64,000 nt of DNA from contig JAQGDQ010000101.1 in assembly GCA_030141605.1 (NCBI GenBank), positions 566,624 to 630,623 on the forward strand. The letters are read 5' to 3'. Numbering within the stretch: the stretch's first letter is position 1; every line of letters begins with the position of its first letter. Shown in pieces: positions 13,226 through 24,430 of this stretch. A model generated the notes under the pieces. That model was given only the letters and a program-made list of their open reading frames with translations. It was not told the DNA's origin and did no database searches. This DNA comes from Tubiluchus corallicola. Lineage: Eukaryota; Animalia; Priapulida. The position numbers and the translations under genes were made by a program.

Positions 13226-16200
13226 TATAATGTGGCAACAAGCAACTGACGTATACGACATTAATAACAGAATTCTGAGTGCTATTTCTTTTAAGAAACA
13301 ATTTCATCTGTTTAGATGAATACATTTTTCTTATATTTTTTGAGAACAAAACATTGTAACGAGCGTCCCTTTTTGTGTTATACAGTGTTCTTTTTGAGCC
13401 AAGTTAAATATTATTTCTAGAAAATATGTTATATTTATTAATTACTTAGGGTTTGTATATAATGTTTAAATTCTTACATTTTGCTATGTTGCTGTCGACT
13501 GTTTTAAAAATGGTAGATAAAATTAGCTGTTGTAAATATTATATTGTATAACCGCCATGTGATAATGCAGGTCTCTATCATGACACTTAGCATTATTAAT
13601 TAGTGATAATTAACGAAATTAATTATGATTTTAGAATATCTTTAAAACTTCACCATTATAATGCTTTAGACTTTGATTTTCAGAAGTGTTGTTTCTGTTT
13701 AACTTTTCAACGTGTCGCTGAACAAATTACTCAGTTGTACAACAGTGAAATTTGCAAAATTTGACGTGGCAAATTGTCACTTATATGATGTCTTCACGAA
13801 GAAGTAACAACCTTGTAAAACTTCCAAAAAGAAGTTATTGCTTAGTTACCGATATTTAGATAAACTGTAAATTACCTGCCGGCCGCTAGAATTATAAATT
13901 CATTTACCATGTTAGCAAAAAACTTGGTAAATTTACAAGATATTGTTATAGTTAGCACCCATAGCACCTGCTTTGCTGATTCTGTTCCAAAATGTGAAAG
14001 AAAGGATAATCTAAACCGAAAAATGTCATCAAAATGTGTTTAGACGTGCTAGGATTATTCAACGAAAAGGTGTGTAAAATCTAGTGCTGTGACACTCCTC
14101 AGAAAAGTCAAAAATAAAATGCATGAGAACTGATGATAACTGCGAGAATAAAGTGCATGGTGAAATGTGTAATATACTGATTGATGTGATGTGGTGTCTT
14201 AGATCTCCCGTATTACGTTTACTTCTTATATTTCCTTATATTAACAGAGAAACTATGAGACTTAGAGGCCTAGTGAAAGTGACGATAAGATTTGTTCTAG
14301 GTTTTCAGTTCTGGCACGAATCCCTTTGAATTTTTGTCCATTCCGCTTAATTTTGAAAAAAAAACGCAGAATTTTAATACACATTATAGAACTAATCCGA
14401 CTAGAGGTACCTGCAGTAATAGGCCCTTATCAGGTTTGGAAGCTTCATTTCAAATACAGCCACACTGGGTGACAAACCAATCAAATTTTTGCGCCCACTT
14501 TGGCTGATTTTTCTTTACTGCGATTCGATTGTTGCCAACTTCTTGATAAGACTACTAAAGTAGCAATAATCTGTCAGATATAGCTTGGACCTATTCCTGT
14601 ACCGGCACGTCCAGCAACTATGACAATCACGACGAAGAGTGGTAGGACTGATACTTTGGAACATTCTTGGAACATGCTGCATTAAAAATCCTTGTGTGAG
14701 CAGGCCTTACTGCCGCCCCTGAGGAAAAATTCCACAAAAAATTAAAAACTACGGGATTTCAATACGCTTCTGTGAACTATCTTTAGGTTCTTGACGTTGA
14801 GAATTATTTTCATATTGCGTGTATTCGACCGTGGCTAAGGCACTACTGTGTAGTCGGTGTTTTGTAGCAGAGTGAATTGTTTGTTAATTGGTTCCGATCC
14901 TACCACAACCATGTACATTAACTATGTCAATGAAAGATAAAAACAATGAAAGTCAAACAACAACTTAACCAACTAGGTATTTATTATTACGGATAGGAAT
15001 GTACAGTTAGCTTTCCTGCAATTTGCAAATTATACAACAGTTTTATCTATTATGATAAATAACTTATTTTATTTATTTAAACAAACATGTCACAAGCGCC
15101 CAGTCCCTATATATACATTGTGCGCAAATAAATTTTTTAACGTTTACATTAGATGAAACAAAATATAACAATCTCAGTAATCTATTAATTTTGAGTATCG
15201 TGTAAGTGGAATCATGTGACGTGTGACGTTTCTCATTTATTCCAATTAAGTTCAACGTTTGGCTTTATATATTTAACCAGCTGCATAGCAACCCGTGTTG
15301 TGCTTCAAAATAAAACCGTATTCACTTCAAATGTGGAAGACTTCGACATATCATTAGTAAGCCTGGGTAGCCCATATTTTTTAGAAAATAACGATATGGC
15401 ATTAATTTTTGCATACACTGTTAGTTTATACAGGCATTTGAGTATGTACAACAAAGAACATTTTAAAACGTAAAATGAGTAAATAACAAAAATAGATGCC
15501 CCGCTTACTCTTAATAAATTACTACGTAAACAGTTATCTTTAACAATAATTAGCAAGACAGCAACTGCTAAAGAGAAAAGTGATTCCTAGAACTGATGCC
15601 CCTGGTAGCGACTTAGAAGAAAACTTGTAAATGTTATATTTGACACAGTAAAAAATTTGTAATTTTGCGTAGCTAAAAGCCAGGAAAAATAAAATGAAAC
15701 AACGGTTCTATATAGCCACTGGATACGATCAAACGAAAAAGCGACGAAAGCAATAAGCTCAAGTCTTAAAACTCTTAAGATTTCATACATTTTTTATATA
15801 TTGCGTTCCATAAAAATTGCGAAAGGAGAACGTATGTAACTAGCTCTCTGCTAACTGCTACAGTGGTAAAATGGTGCTTATTCGAAAGAGAAACGTTTCG
15901 CTAGACCAATTAGCATTAGCAGTTAACAAGGTTAATCTGAAATAAATTTACCACGAACTAAGTTTAATACATCTTGGAAAACAGTTAGCGTATTTTGATT
16001 GTAGAATAAATAGATTAACTTACGTAACAAATCAACAGAGTTTATTCTACAACGAATATAAGTCAAATCTTTGAAAAGTGTATAAAAAGGAATTCACGAT
16101 AATTTTATTTCAGGTTAACACTGCTGACGATACTAAAATTAATTGTCTAGCAGCAATGTTCCTGTCTTAACGTTTACTGCTAAAATGTCAAATTTCATTT

Positions 16201-16521
16201 GAGTGACAGAGTAAACACTACAATTATTACATTTTAAAAACTAAATTTATCTACAAGAAAGGAAACTGCGACAAAATCGGGATTAAACCTAAGCTGTAAC
16301 CAAGGAGGTTCCGATACGTAATCGACGTAATCTTTCGATGTAATCTAAAGTCTGTGATTCGAATTCAAGCTCAGTGACAATGTTCACGTGTTTTTTAGCA
16401 CAAGCTTGGTTTCAAAAATTCAATAATTAGCTTCATTCTGTCATTGTTAATTAATCTTAGAATTATTGCGCTTTAGTAATATTTTCTAAAATGTTAACGT
16501 CGTTCTAAGTCATAAGTTCAC

Positions 16522-16854
16522 CTAAGTCGTCAAGGCAGAGCGTTTTGTCTGGTAGCCGCTCTGACAGCATATCAGAGTGTAAAACACCCAGTAAACAATG
16601 TTAAATATAGTGAACAGCAAGGGGAAAACAATGCGAGAAACAATATCAATTCTTTTAGCTGCCGACATGGGCGGTTTGTACGGGTTTCGTCGCCTAGTGG
16701 TAACTTTGTTAGATGACTTAACCTTTGGTTTTCTGTGCTTTACACCATTCGTCTCTGTCTCGTCGCTGTCAAATCCAAACCGCGTGGGCGAGGCGGTGCT
16801 GCCCTCACTCGGCTCAAAAATAAGTTCGGTTTTCGCCTCCTTTTGCTGCATCTC
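16522..16854 (-). CDS. Cys-loop ligand-gated channel subunit (GlyR/GluCl-like), exon 9: intracellular loop and M4
   Basis: Acceptor TTCAG|GAG; AKRIDIVSRIVFPLLFTIFNIVYW is the canonical M4 signature; stop TAG. Confidence 0.92.
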   Translation of the reverse strand, partial: EMQQKEAKTELIFEPSEGSTASPTRFGFDSDETETNGVKHRKPKVKSSNKVTTRRRNPYKPPMSAAKRIDIVSRIVFPLLFTIFNIVYWVFYTLICCQSGYQTKRSALTT

Positions 16855-17100
16855 CTGAATGAAAATGGATTTATTTATCTCATCAAAAAATTAGTCTCTT
16901 AAACAAACCATCCTTCTTATTTTGCAATAGCGCTTTTTAGTATGGGTACACATTTGTATTATATAGATTTGCTTTATAGGGTTTTCTAAGCACTTTTGCA
17001 TCATAATCTGTAATAAAATAAAAATTATAAGTAGCTATAAAGCACTCTTATTTCAATTTAATCTAGGAAACCATAATTTAACAATAAAAAGTACAAGTAA

Positions 17101-17662
17101 GGCCTGTGTCATACAGAGAAAGGTTAAGGAGTAAGCCACAATCCGCAATCCGTAAGCTATAAGGTGAAGTCCATCGTCCATATCATGATCGCGTAGTGTG
17201 TACTCTGTGGGAATAGCAAGGCGTTTTGCCATGATCCGTTTCGGCAATGCACGAATATACTTGCAGTTTTAGTGAGACATCGTGATTAAAAATTGCTTTT
17301 CAATGTTTGTGAAACCATTCTGTTATGAATTCTCATGATATATATGAATTGTATACTGTAAAAACTACAAACATGTTAACTACTGCGTTAGTGGTAACGC
17401 AAAACGCCTTAAGGCAAATGAATGTAATGGTCAAATTCATTTCGGAATAAGGCGCCTCATGAACCGCTCAAAAGGGCTTGTGAGGGACCTACCTCGGATT
17501 ATGGCTGAAGACTTACGGAAGGCAAACCGTGTTGGCGAAGATGGCAAACGGATTAAGTATGACAGGGACCACTGGTTAGCATACGTTCATTTTTCATAAG
17601 GAAGCTTTTTTCCTCACGGCTTACGCTTTACGGATTATGACAAGTTCTGTGTGACACAGGCC
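17101..17662. mobile_element. PIF/Harbinger-type MITE
   Basis: 17-bp TIR GGCCTGTGTCATACAGA / TCTGTGTGACACAGGCC (1 mismatch) flanked by TAA on both sides (17098-17100 and 17663-17665); 562 bp; no credible coding capacity. Confidence 0.8.
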
Positions 17663-18061
17663 TAAACCAAAACAAGCAAAGCAAAACAAAACTAATCAAA
17701 ATAAACAAGGTAATCCAATCTAAACCAAAACGAACTAAACTAAAGTAAAATGAAACACAAGATAACACGAAATAAATCAACAAACAATAATGAATAAATT
17801 ACCAAAACAGACAAAATCGCATCTATACTAATAATATTTATCGATAGTGATTTATTAACTGCGTTATATAGGGTGATTCGAAAATGATTGCAGAATTTCA
17901 TGTAGATTTAATGTGAAGCACGAATGAATATATTATACAGCAAATTTATAAATCATATTGTACATTTCACGTCTGAAAGCGTTCTCTAGATCGAGTAACC
18001 TAGTGCATTAGACCATTCAATCCTGTAACCCGAACCACTAAATGTGGATGAAGATGCTTAC

Positions 18062-18256
18062 CTCTTCTTCCTGTTGTTTTTGTATTTCCTCAAGAAGCTT
18101 TTGCTTCTGTTTTTTGTTTTTTGCTTTCGTGTCCACGTAACTGACAAATGCATACTCCAGAAAGGCTCCAAAGACGAAAGTGGAGCAGGCTCCGGTCCAG
18201 ATATCAATCGCCTTGGCGTAGGACACTATAGGCAAATCTTTGCCTACAGTGTATGA
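18062..18256 (-). CDS. Cys-loop channel exon 8: M2-M3 loop and M3
   Basis: [40 protein letters not shown]; AG/GT boundaries, 195 nt, phase 0-0. Confidence 0.93.
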
Positions 18257-18560
18257 CTATAAAAGTAAAAGTAAAGTGGTAATAATATACTAGAAATTTT
18301 TTCAAAAACAACTCTAATTTTCACGAATTATTTACACTAGTTATCCCACGTAAAGATACTTTAAAACTTTAAACTTTGGTTTCTTTACAAAACGCATAAA
18401 TCTTTCGCCTTTTACTAAAAGGTAATTTCCATGCAGAGGAACAATAGTTTAGCCAGGAGAAACATAAGCAAAGATATTCTTTTCCCGAAGATCCTGTGCT
18501 GTTCTGTTTTTGCGATGGATATGTGCATGCTTGTATGCTAAATTTGTGCTGCTCACTCAC

Positions 18561-18745
18561 CAAACTATTGACAGTCAACAAGGTCATGATCCCAAGGGAA
18601 ACTCTTCCAACAACAGCGTCTGACTCCAGCCAAAAGCTGACCCAGGAAACCATGACCAGGATCAACATGGGAATGTAGCTGGCGACCATGTGATAAGCCA
18701 ATGCTCGATGGAAAGCCAGATCAAGAATAAGGGTGCTAAAGTTAC
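18561..18745 (-). CDS. Cys-loop channel exon 7: pre-M1, M1, M2
   Basis: GNFSTLILDLAFHR..YIPMLILVMVSWVSFWLESDAVVGRVSLGIMTLLTVNSL; donor GTGAGT. Confidence 0.93.
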
Positions 18746-19658
18746 CTGTGAAAAATCATTAATTATAAATAATCAACCAATAGATAGATGTCATCTATTT
18801 AAAATCTGATATCTAGAACTCAAACAGCATTTAAAACTATTCATGTGTATTTAATAAGTGCAATGGCAACAGTGATTTATATATCCAGGTTATTGTTTTA
18901 GCGACAAACTGTTAACTTGGTTGCAGAGCTGTGGTATAGGCGGGTACATCATAGTTCCTGTATCAAATTTAAAAAATGTCAATTCAACACTACCTGCAGT
19001 TTATTGGTTAAATTGCAGCCTGTCGATTTGCATTATCGATACTGACATGCATTAATAAAATTCCTCAATTTTTTTCTTTTTAGTTCATGCAGTATGTGGA
19101 ATTTCATACATATGTATGAAAGTTTAACGCTGTTCTCAGCTGGACTATTGAGGCTTTTGTAATTAAGATAGGTCTTGATTTAATCCTGCAAGCTCACCAA
19201 CCAATTCTAGATTAAGGTTATAAATATTACATTAACCACCTACGGATTATGATAGCATACTATTTTTAAAATTACAAACAATTAATCTAGTCAGTTATAA
19301 ATTACCATAACGTGAGTAAACCATTATTTGTGATGTTGGATTAGTTGGTAAGTTATCACAATTAAAACTTGACACAAGGGGCTGGGTGATCTAGAGGTTA
19401 TGGAATTGATTATACATGAATTCCCTGGGCTAATCTAGGTACCACCTCGACTGGGCACATTTTCCCTCTTTGGTCCAGTTTGGTTTAAAAAATAATCGTA
19501 AGTTTGTTCAATTATTTAGTCATAATACTAAAATAATGGTTATAAACAAGAAACATTCTTTTTAGGTAAATGTGTCAGGCGCCACACAACTTTCAAGCAA
19601 AAATACAACAATTGAGAAACGGTCACAAACAAACACGTTAGTGAAGAATATTTTTTAC

Positions 19659-19793
19659 CTATTGAATCAGGCATAACTGTTTCCACTATGTCATAGCCAC
19701 CGTACTGAAACTGTGGTAAAGTGATTTCTTTTGTGAACATGATTGGCTCAGACTTTCTCCATCGCAGAATCTGTTCTTCTGTAGTTAATCCAT
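19659..19793 (-). CDS. Cys-loop channel exon 6: loops B, F, C
   Basis: YGLTTEEQILRW...ITLPQF...DSIG; 135 nt, phase 1-1. Confidence 0.9.
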
Positions 19794-20268
19794 CTAAACA
19801 TAACTAATTACGTATTACTGGGAGTTTTGCATAAAGATGTCTTTCTTGTTCAAAGACAATGCCTACTATAGGGAAGCATTTGGAATTTTAAGCTTAAGCA
19901 AACGTGTTATTAATTCCTTGGTCTATTTGTGCTAAAAAGCAGCTTTGTTGATTTGTCTTTGACAAATGTGGTGAGAAATGCCTGTGTCTTGATGTTAATT
20001 TTCCCGCATGCTGGATAAATCCCAATACAGTTCTAAGATACATCATTTTTTTCTTTTTACTTAGATTCGCAATTGAGAAGCAAAGCTCCGCTCATCACTG
20101 TTATTACAGCTTTGTTAGGTAGTGCAGTAGCAGAGTACAACTTTTCGCTATTAACCAGAAAGATACCTTTTGTTCACAGGTTGGTAAACAAGAAGTTTTT
20201 TTTAAAGATATATTTAGTGTTAGTACGCACATACGTGACACAGCTGTATCTACGGTAAAACTACTTAC

Positions 20269-20351
20269 AACTTTGTAAAGTCACCGGGCAAGTCTGTGAA
20301 TCGAGAGGATACTTAGCTAACCACATTTGACAAGAAAGAACCAATGTAAGC
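20269..20351 (-). CDS. Cys-loop channel exon 5: the Cys loop
   Basis: RLTLVLSCQMWLAKYPLDSQTCPVTLQS (C-x13-C); 83-nt exon, the size typical of GABA-A/glycine receptor genes; not in the ORF track. Confidence 0.93.
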
Positions 20352-21074
20352 CTGAAACAGAAAAAGGCGTAATTAAAAGAACTCACGTATAGATAGGTCC
20401 TACCTATGTGCACAGACATTTTCTAATAAAATGCACCCGAAATATGATATTAAATTTGTTCGAAAGGAAGAAAATGTTCAGACTGAACTACTATTGGCTG
20501 CAGCAGCCATTTTTGTTGTAACAGTAAATTGAAAGAAAACGGCCAAAGAGTCATGGCATAACAATAACAGTCAAAAACTTTTTTCTTGTATCTACGATAA
20601 CTGGCCCTCACAGGTTGTAGTCAATCTGATTGGGGTTTGGTTTTGGTATAAATATTGCAATTCTCTGTTACCACATTAAGCGTTTTTTATTGCTAACGTA
20701 CTTTGAAGATGCACCTCTGATCATGCGGTTCCTAAACGGTTGCTTGAAGAACCCATTTGTGCAGCTTTTCATATTATTACACTGGACATTCCAAAATGAA
20801 GAAGAGATGCTTATAAATTATTTTTTCCGGGTTTCTTATTTGTAAAACTTTGCAGCAGAAAAACCCCTTTCTGTTAATTACAACTTCACTGATTTCAAGC
20901 AGAATGTTAACATGTTGCAAGAATTCTATATTTTAATAATGTTTTTACATCAAAAGGCCAGTGGACTTGTTTGGGACTATTTTATAAAAAATAAATAATT
21001 ATTTCACTATTATTTACGATTGTAAGGTTGGCTGGGTCGCTTAGTCATTGGTCGAATACTGATTTGCAACACAC

Positions 21075-21316
21075 CTTACACTGTACCAGATTTTGCCGCT
21101 CGGATAGATTTTAAAGAGAAAATTTTTCTTCGTCAATTCGTGAAAATGGCCGTCGTGTTCATTCTCGAAGAACATGTTTGGTCTCCAGATGGCGTGAAGG
21201 TAGCGGGCATCGACGGCAATGAAAGTTCTGTTGTGGGGAATTTTGTAGTCTAGATGCTCGTATGCCAGTCGCTTATCCATCCACCATTGTGCCAACAAAA
21301 TGTGCACAGTGTATTC
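21075..21316 (-). CDS. Cys-loop channel exon 4: loops D, A, E
   Basis: EYTVHILLAQWWMDKRL...IWRPNMFFENE...IYPSGKIWYSVR; 242 nt, phase 0-2. Confidence 0.93.
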
Positions 21317-21703
21317 CTAGAACAGAAGTTCATTAAAAATAACTATAAAATAAAAATCGCCGATAGATGGCAAAACGCCGTGTCGCCGTAGTTTGCTGCA
21401 GTAATTTGGTAGGAAACCTGGGTCTCAATAAGCTATGCATTTATTTTTCGTATTGTAGAAGTTCATATAAAACATTATTAAAAAGTAACTGTAAAAATCG
21501 CAGGTAGACGACAGCGCGTCATAGTACTCACGACCTTAACATTAAAATAAAATTAGATGTATGTGACTTTCAAATCATTGCTTATGTATAGTTTACGAAA
21601 CGATTTTCAATTTTGCCAATAAGCCTAAATACTAGAAATAAATGGTAAACTTATTAATTTACATATATAAAATCAGTAATATAAAGAACGAAATACACCT
21701 TAC

Positions 21704-21771
21704 CATATACATGACATCTATGGAATCAATGCTGTCAATGGCGACACTACATCTCACTTCCGTTGGTGTAC
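21704..21771 (-). CDS. Cys-loop channel exon 3
   Basis: GTPTEVRCSVAIDSIDSIDVMYM; 68-nt exon, the size typical of the family; CAG/GTAAG boundaries. Confidence 0.9.
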
Positions 21772-22427
21772 CTGTAATCATTAAAATGGAAGTATAAAAA
21801 ATCTACGTAAGAATACAGAACAGCATAATACCTATTTTTAAAACTGGCATATGTGCGAATTCGTATACAAACAGTTCTTAGAAAAATGTTCATTTGACGA
21901 AAGTTTATAAAACACTTATTAAGGTTATAATTAAATCACTTGGTTAATCTAGTTATTTACTTTCTCCTATCGTCGACAAATGGTTCGTCCCGTGCTATTC
22001 GTTTTTCTTATGCTTTTTATATACCCTGGACATTGTTAGGAGCGGAAAAGTTGATTTTCCCGTGGGCTTTCATTTATGGAATTTTGTCCTTGAAACGCGT
22101 TTCCCTGAATACTAGTAGTAGCAGAAGCATTCTATTGACAATAATAACATTAAGGTCCATCAAGAACATTTCGAAAGCTGGCACGGAGTTAGAAAAGAAT
22201 AAATTCATGACATTAACAACAAATAACAACACATGAAGTTAATCGTAAAGTTTCAAAATTCAGGTTCTAAACCAAATAGGTCTTGCGAGCTGTTTAAATA
22301 CAGAGCATACATTTCTCTAATTGGCTCAGATAAACTAGCGTGCGACTCGTCTTGAATAGAGACATCACACGTGCAAACCCAGTTATTAAGAGGAATGGGT
22401 TGCTTCTACAATTTGAATTGCCACAAA

Positions 22428-22641
22428 AGAAGACAAAGACAAAGACAAGATTTTTTTACCGTCGCTCATTTAACAGACAACATGAGCACCTACGGTTATT
22501 TAGCGACAATACAGGTAAGGACGTATCACACAAACAATAAATAACATGTATGGCTCATGCCCTGGCGTTAGCAGCCGCTAGTCCCGAACTGAAGATTGCG
22601 TGGTTGCAGTCGGAAATCTAAGCCACTCGGCCACACAACCC
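22428..22641 (-). mobile_element. tRNA-derived SINE
   Basis: Minus strand head GGGTTGTGTGGCCGAGTGGCTTAG (A box), degenerate B box AGTTCGGGAC, 3' end ...GTTAAATGAGCGACGGTAAAAAAA followed by a (TCTTTG)n tail. Confidence 0.55.
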
Positions 22642-22867
22642 ATAACCCAGCTCAAGAAAACAGTTCCCAGGTACTTTCTATCATTAATCTCAATTTAGTT
22701 ACAAGAATGCTTCTGAACCTATGTTCAAATGTTACCTTTTTATTGTCTTATTTTCTGTTTTACTGTCTGTAGTGTCTAGCTTTGAATGCCCACTGGCCTT
22801 GTCTGAGGCTGTGTTGTATCAAAATATATTATTAAGGTAGTATCAAACAGATATTATTATTGCCAAC

Positions 22868-22941
22868 CTTGTGGATGAGGTCTGAGTCTTGCGTCATAGT
22901 TTTCCAGAAGATAATCTACGAACTCTGTTTCCGAAAGGTCC
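22868..22941 (-). CDS. Cys-loop channel exon 2: alpha1 helix
   Basis: DLSETEFVDYLLENYDARLRPHPQ (YD.R.RP motif); 74 nt, phase 2-1. Confidence 0.9.
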
Positions 22942-23470
22942 CTGCAAAAGACAATTAGCAGGTAATTAATAGGACTGTGATGACTTATACTATCAATACT
23001 ATCAATGACTTAACCCACGGTTACGGCGCAGGCTGCCTCATATTACAATATCAGAAAGAAATGAACTTGAATTTTAAAAATAATAGAAACTGCGTCAAGC
23101 AAGCTGCAAATGAACCGGGAAATGTTTGTTTGATTTTTTGAGTCCTGCAAGTGACCTATCCAAGTGACCTAATAAACACGAGTTACCTATACACTGTTTT
23201 CACCGTTTTAAATCTGTTGGAGGAAACGTTTAAATAGGAAAACAAAATCAGAATAGAGAAATGATGGTTTTATTTACTTAGGTGAATTTTCTTCATTTAA
23301 TTTAATGAATTGTGGTTAATTGATAACTGAACAGCATGCTACGTGATCTCCAGGCCTGATATCAAAGCAGAGATTATTTTATAAAATCTGTATAAGTGAT
23401 GTGCATCAACTTCCGTAAAAAAGCAGCTCTGGTCGAACGGAGGTGAAATTAGCATATTATCACTTAGCGT

Positions 23471-23683
23471 ACAGGTTAAGTGGAAAGTGCCGCACACACG
23501 TACAAAATATCTTTTATCAGCTCCGTTATTTGCCGAGTCTTAAGTGTTTTTAATGTTTTGATTCTCCTCTGATTCTGTATTTGTGGTGACGTAATGTACA
23601 AGTTGAGTGGAAAGTGAGCGACGCATGCAAGAAAAATACCTTTTATCAGCCTCGTTATTTGCCGAGTTTTACGCTTTCTTAAT
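23471..23683. repeat. Degenerate direct repeat, two copies of ~85 bp
   Basis: Shared AGTGGAAAGTG...CTTTTATCAGC..CGTTATTTGCCGAGT at ~23471-23553 and ~23598-23683. Confidence 0.7.
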
Positions 23684-24039
23684 AGCGCGGCTTTAATTCT
23701 CCATTACTTTTCTCCGCCACATTAAACTTTTATTACTCGTCTTTTACTGCTTTTCTGAATGTTCTTGCGCAAACTAGTAAAGGTTTGAAAATACATCTGC
23801 ATTGCTGGAGTGGCTCTCTGTTTGAACTAATGCGACTGATGTAATTGTCATCGAAAAGGAGACAAACCTGTTCATAGATGTAGTATGTTATTGATCTTCA
23901 GCGTGCAAATACCTATGGTTACTATAAATTTCAATCAATACCTTTGAGAGTCCAAGAATCTCATCTGTCATTCCTACATATTGATGTCGCAAATGCGGTT
24001 ACATTGTCAAGAGTTTCAACTACTAATTAACTCGCAATT

Positions 24040-24430
24040 TGTTTTTTCATTATTAATAATATTTAGTGGTCAGAGTTGATTTACAAAGAAAATTTCACCA
24101 CCACCAGCTTTAATGCCGCGCCAAGCTTAATATTTTAAAACTTAATGATACTGTGTATATTAAAATTGCCTGTTTTATTCACGAACATTTTAATTGTATT
24201 TCTCCCAATATTTTCGCCAATTTATTTATAAGAAACAACACAGTTTATATGTGGAACGTTAGACAGCTTAATGATTACAATATTCTGACATTAAGGACCT
24301 ATCCTGTCGCTATGAAACATTTTATTGTTTATCAGGATTCTGTTTTCTGAAACAACTTGTCTTGCAATACCAAAGAAACTAAATCAGTACAGATTTTTAA
24401 AAACTGAAGATGAAAATTATACTATAATAT
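24040..24430 (+). mobile_element. Decayed 3' fragment of a CR1/L2-group LINE
   Basis: Translation IACFIHEHFNCISPNIFANLFIRNNTVYMWNVRQ...IVYQDSVF*NNL resembles the post-RT C-terminus seen at 30361-30738. Confidence 0.5.

Noticed and set aside
19378-19470. tRNA-like A box (GGCTGGGTGATCTAGAGG)
   Set aside because: No convincing B box or cloverleaf; at most a decayed SINE head.
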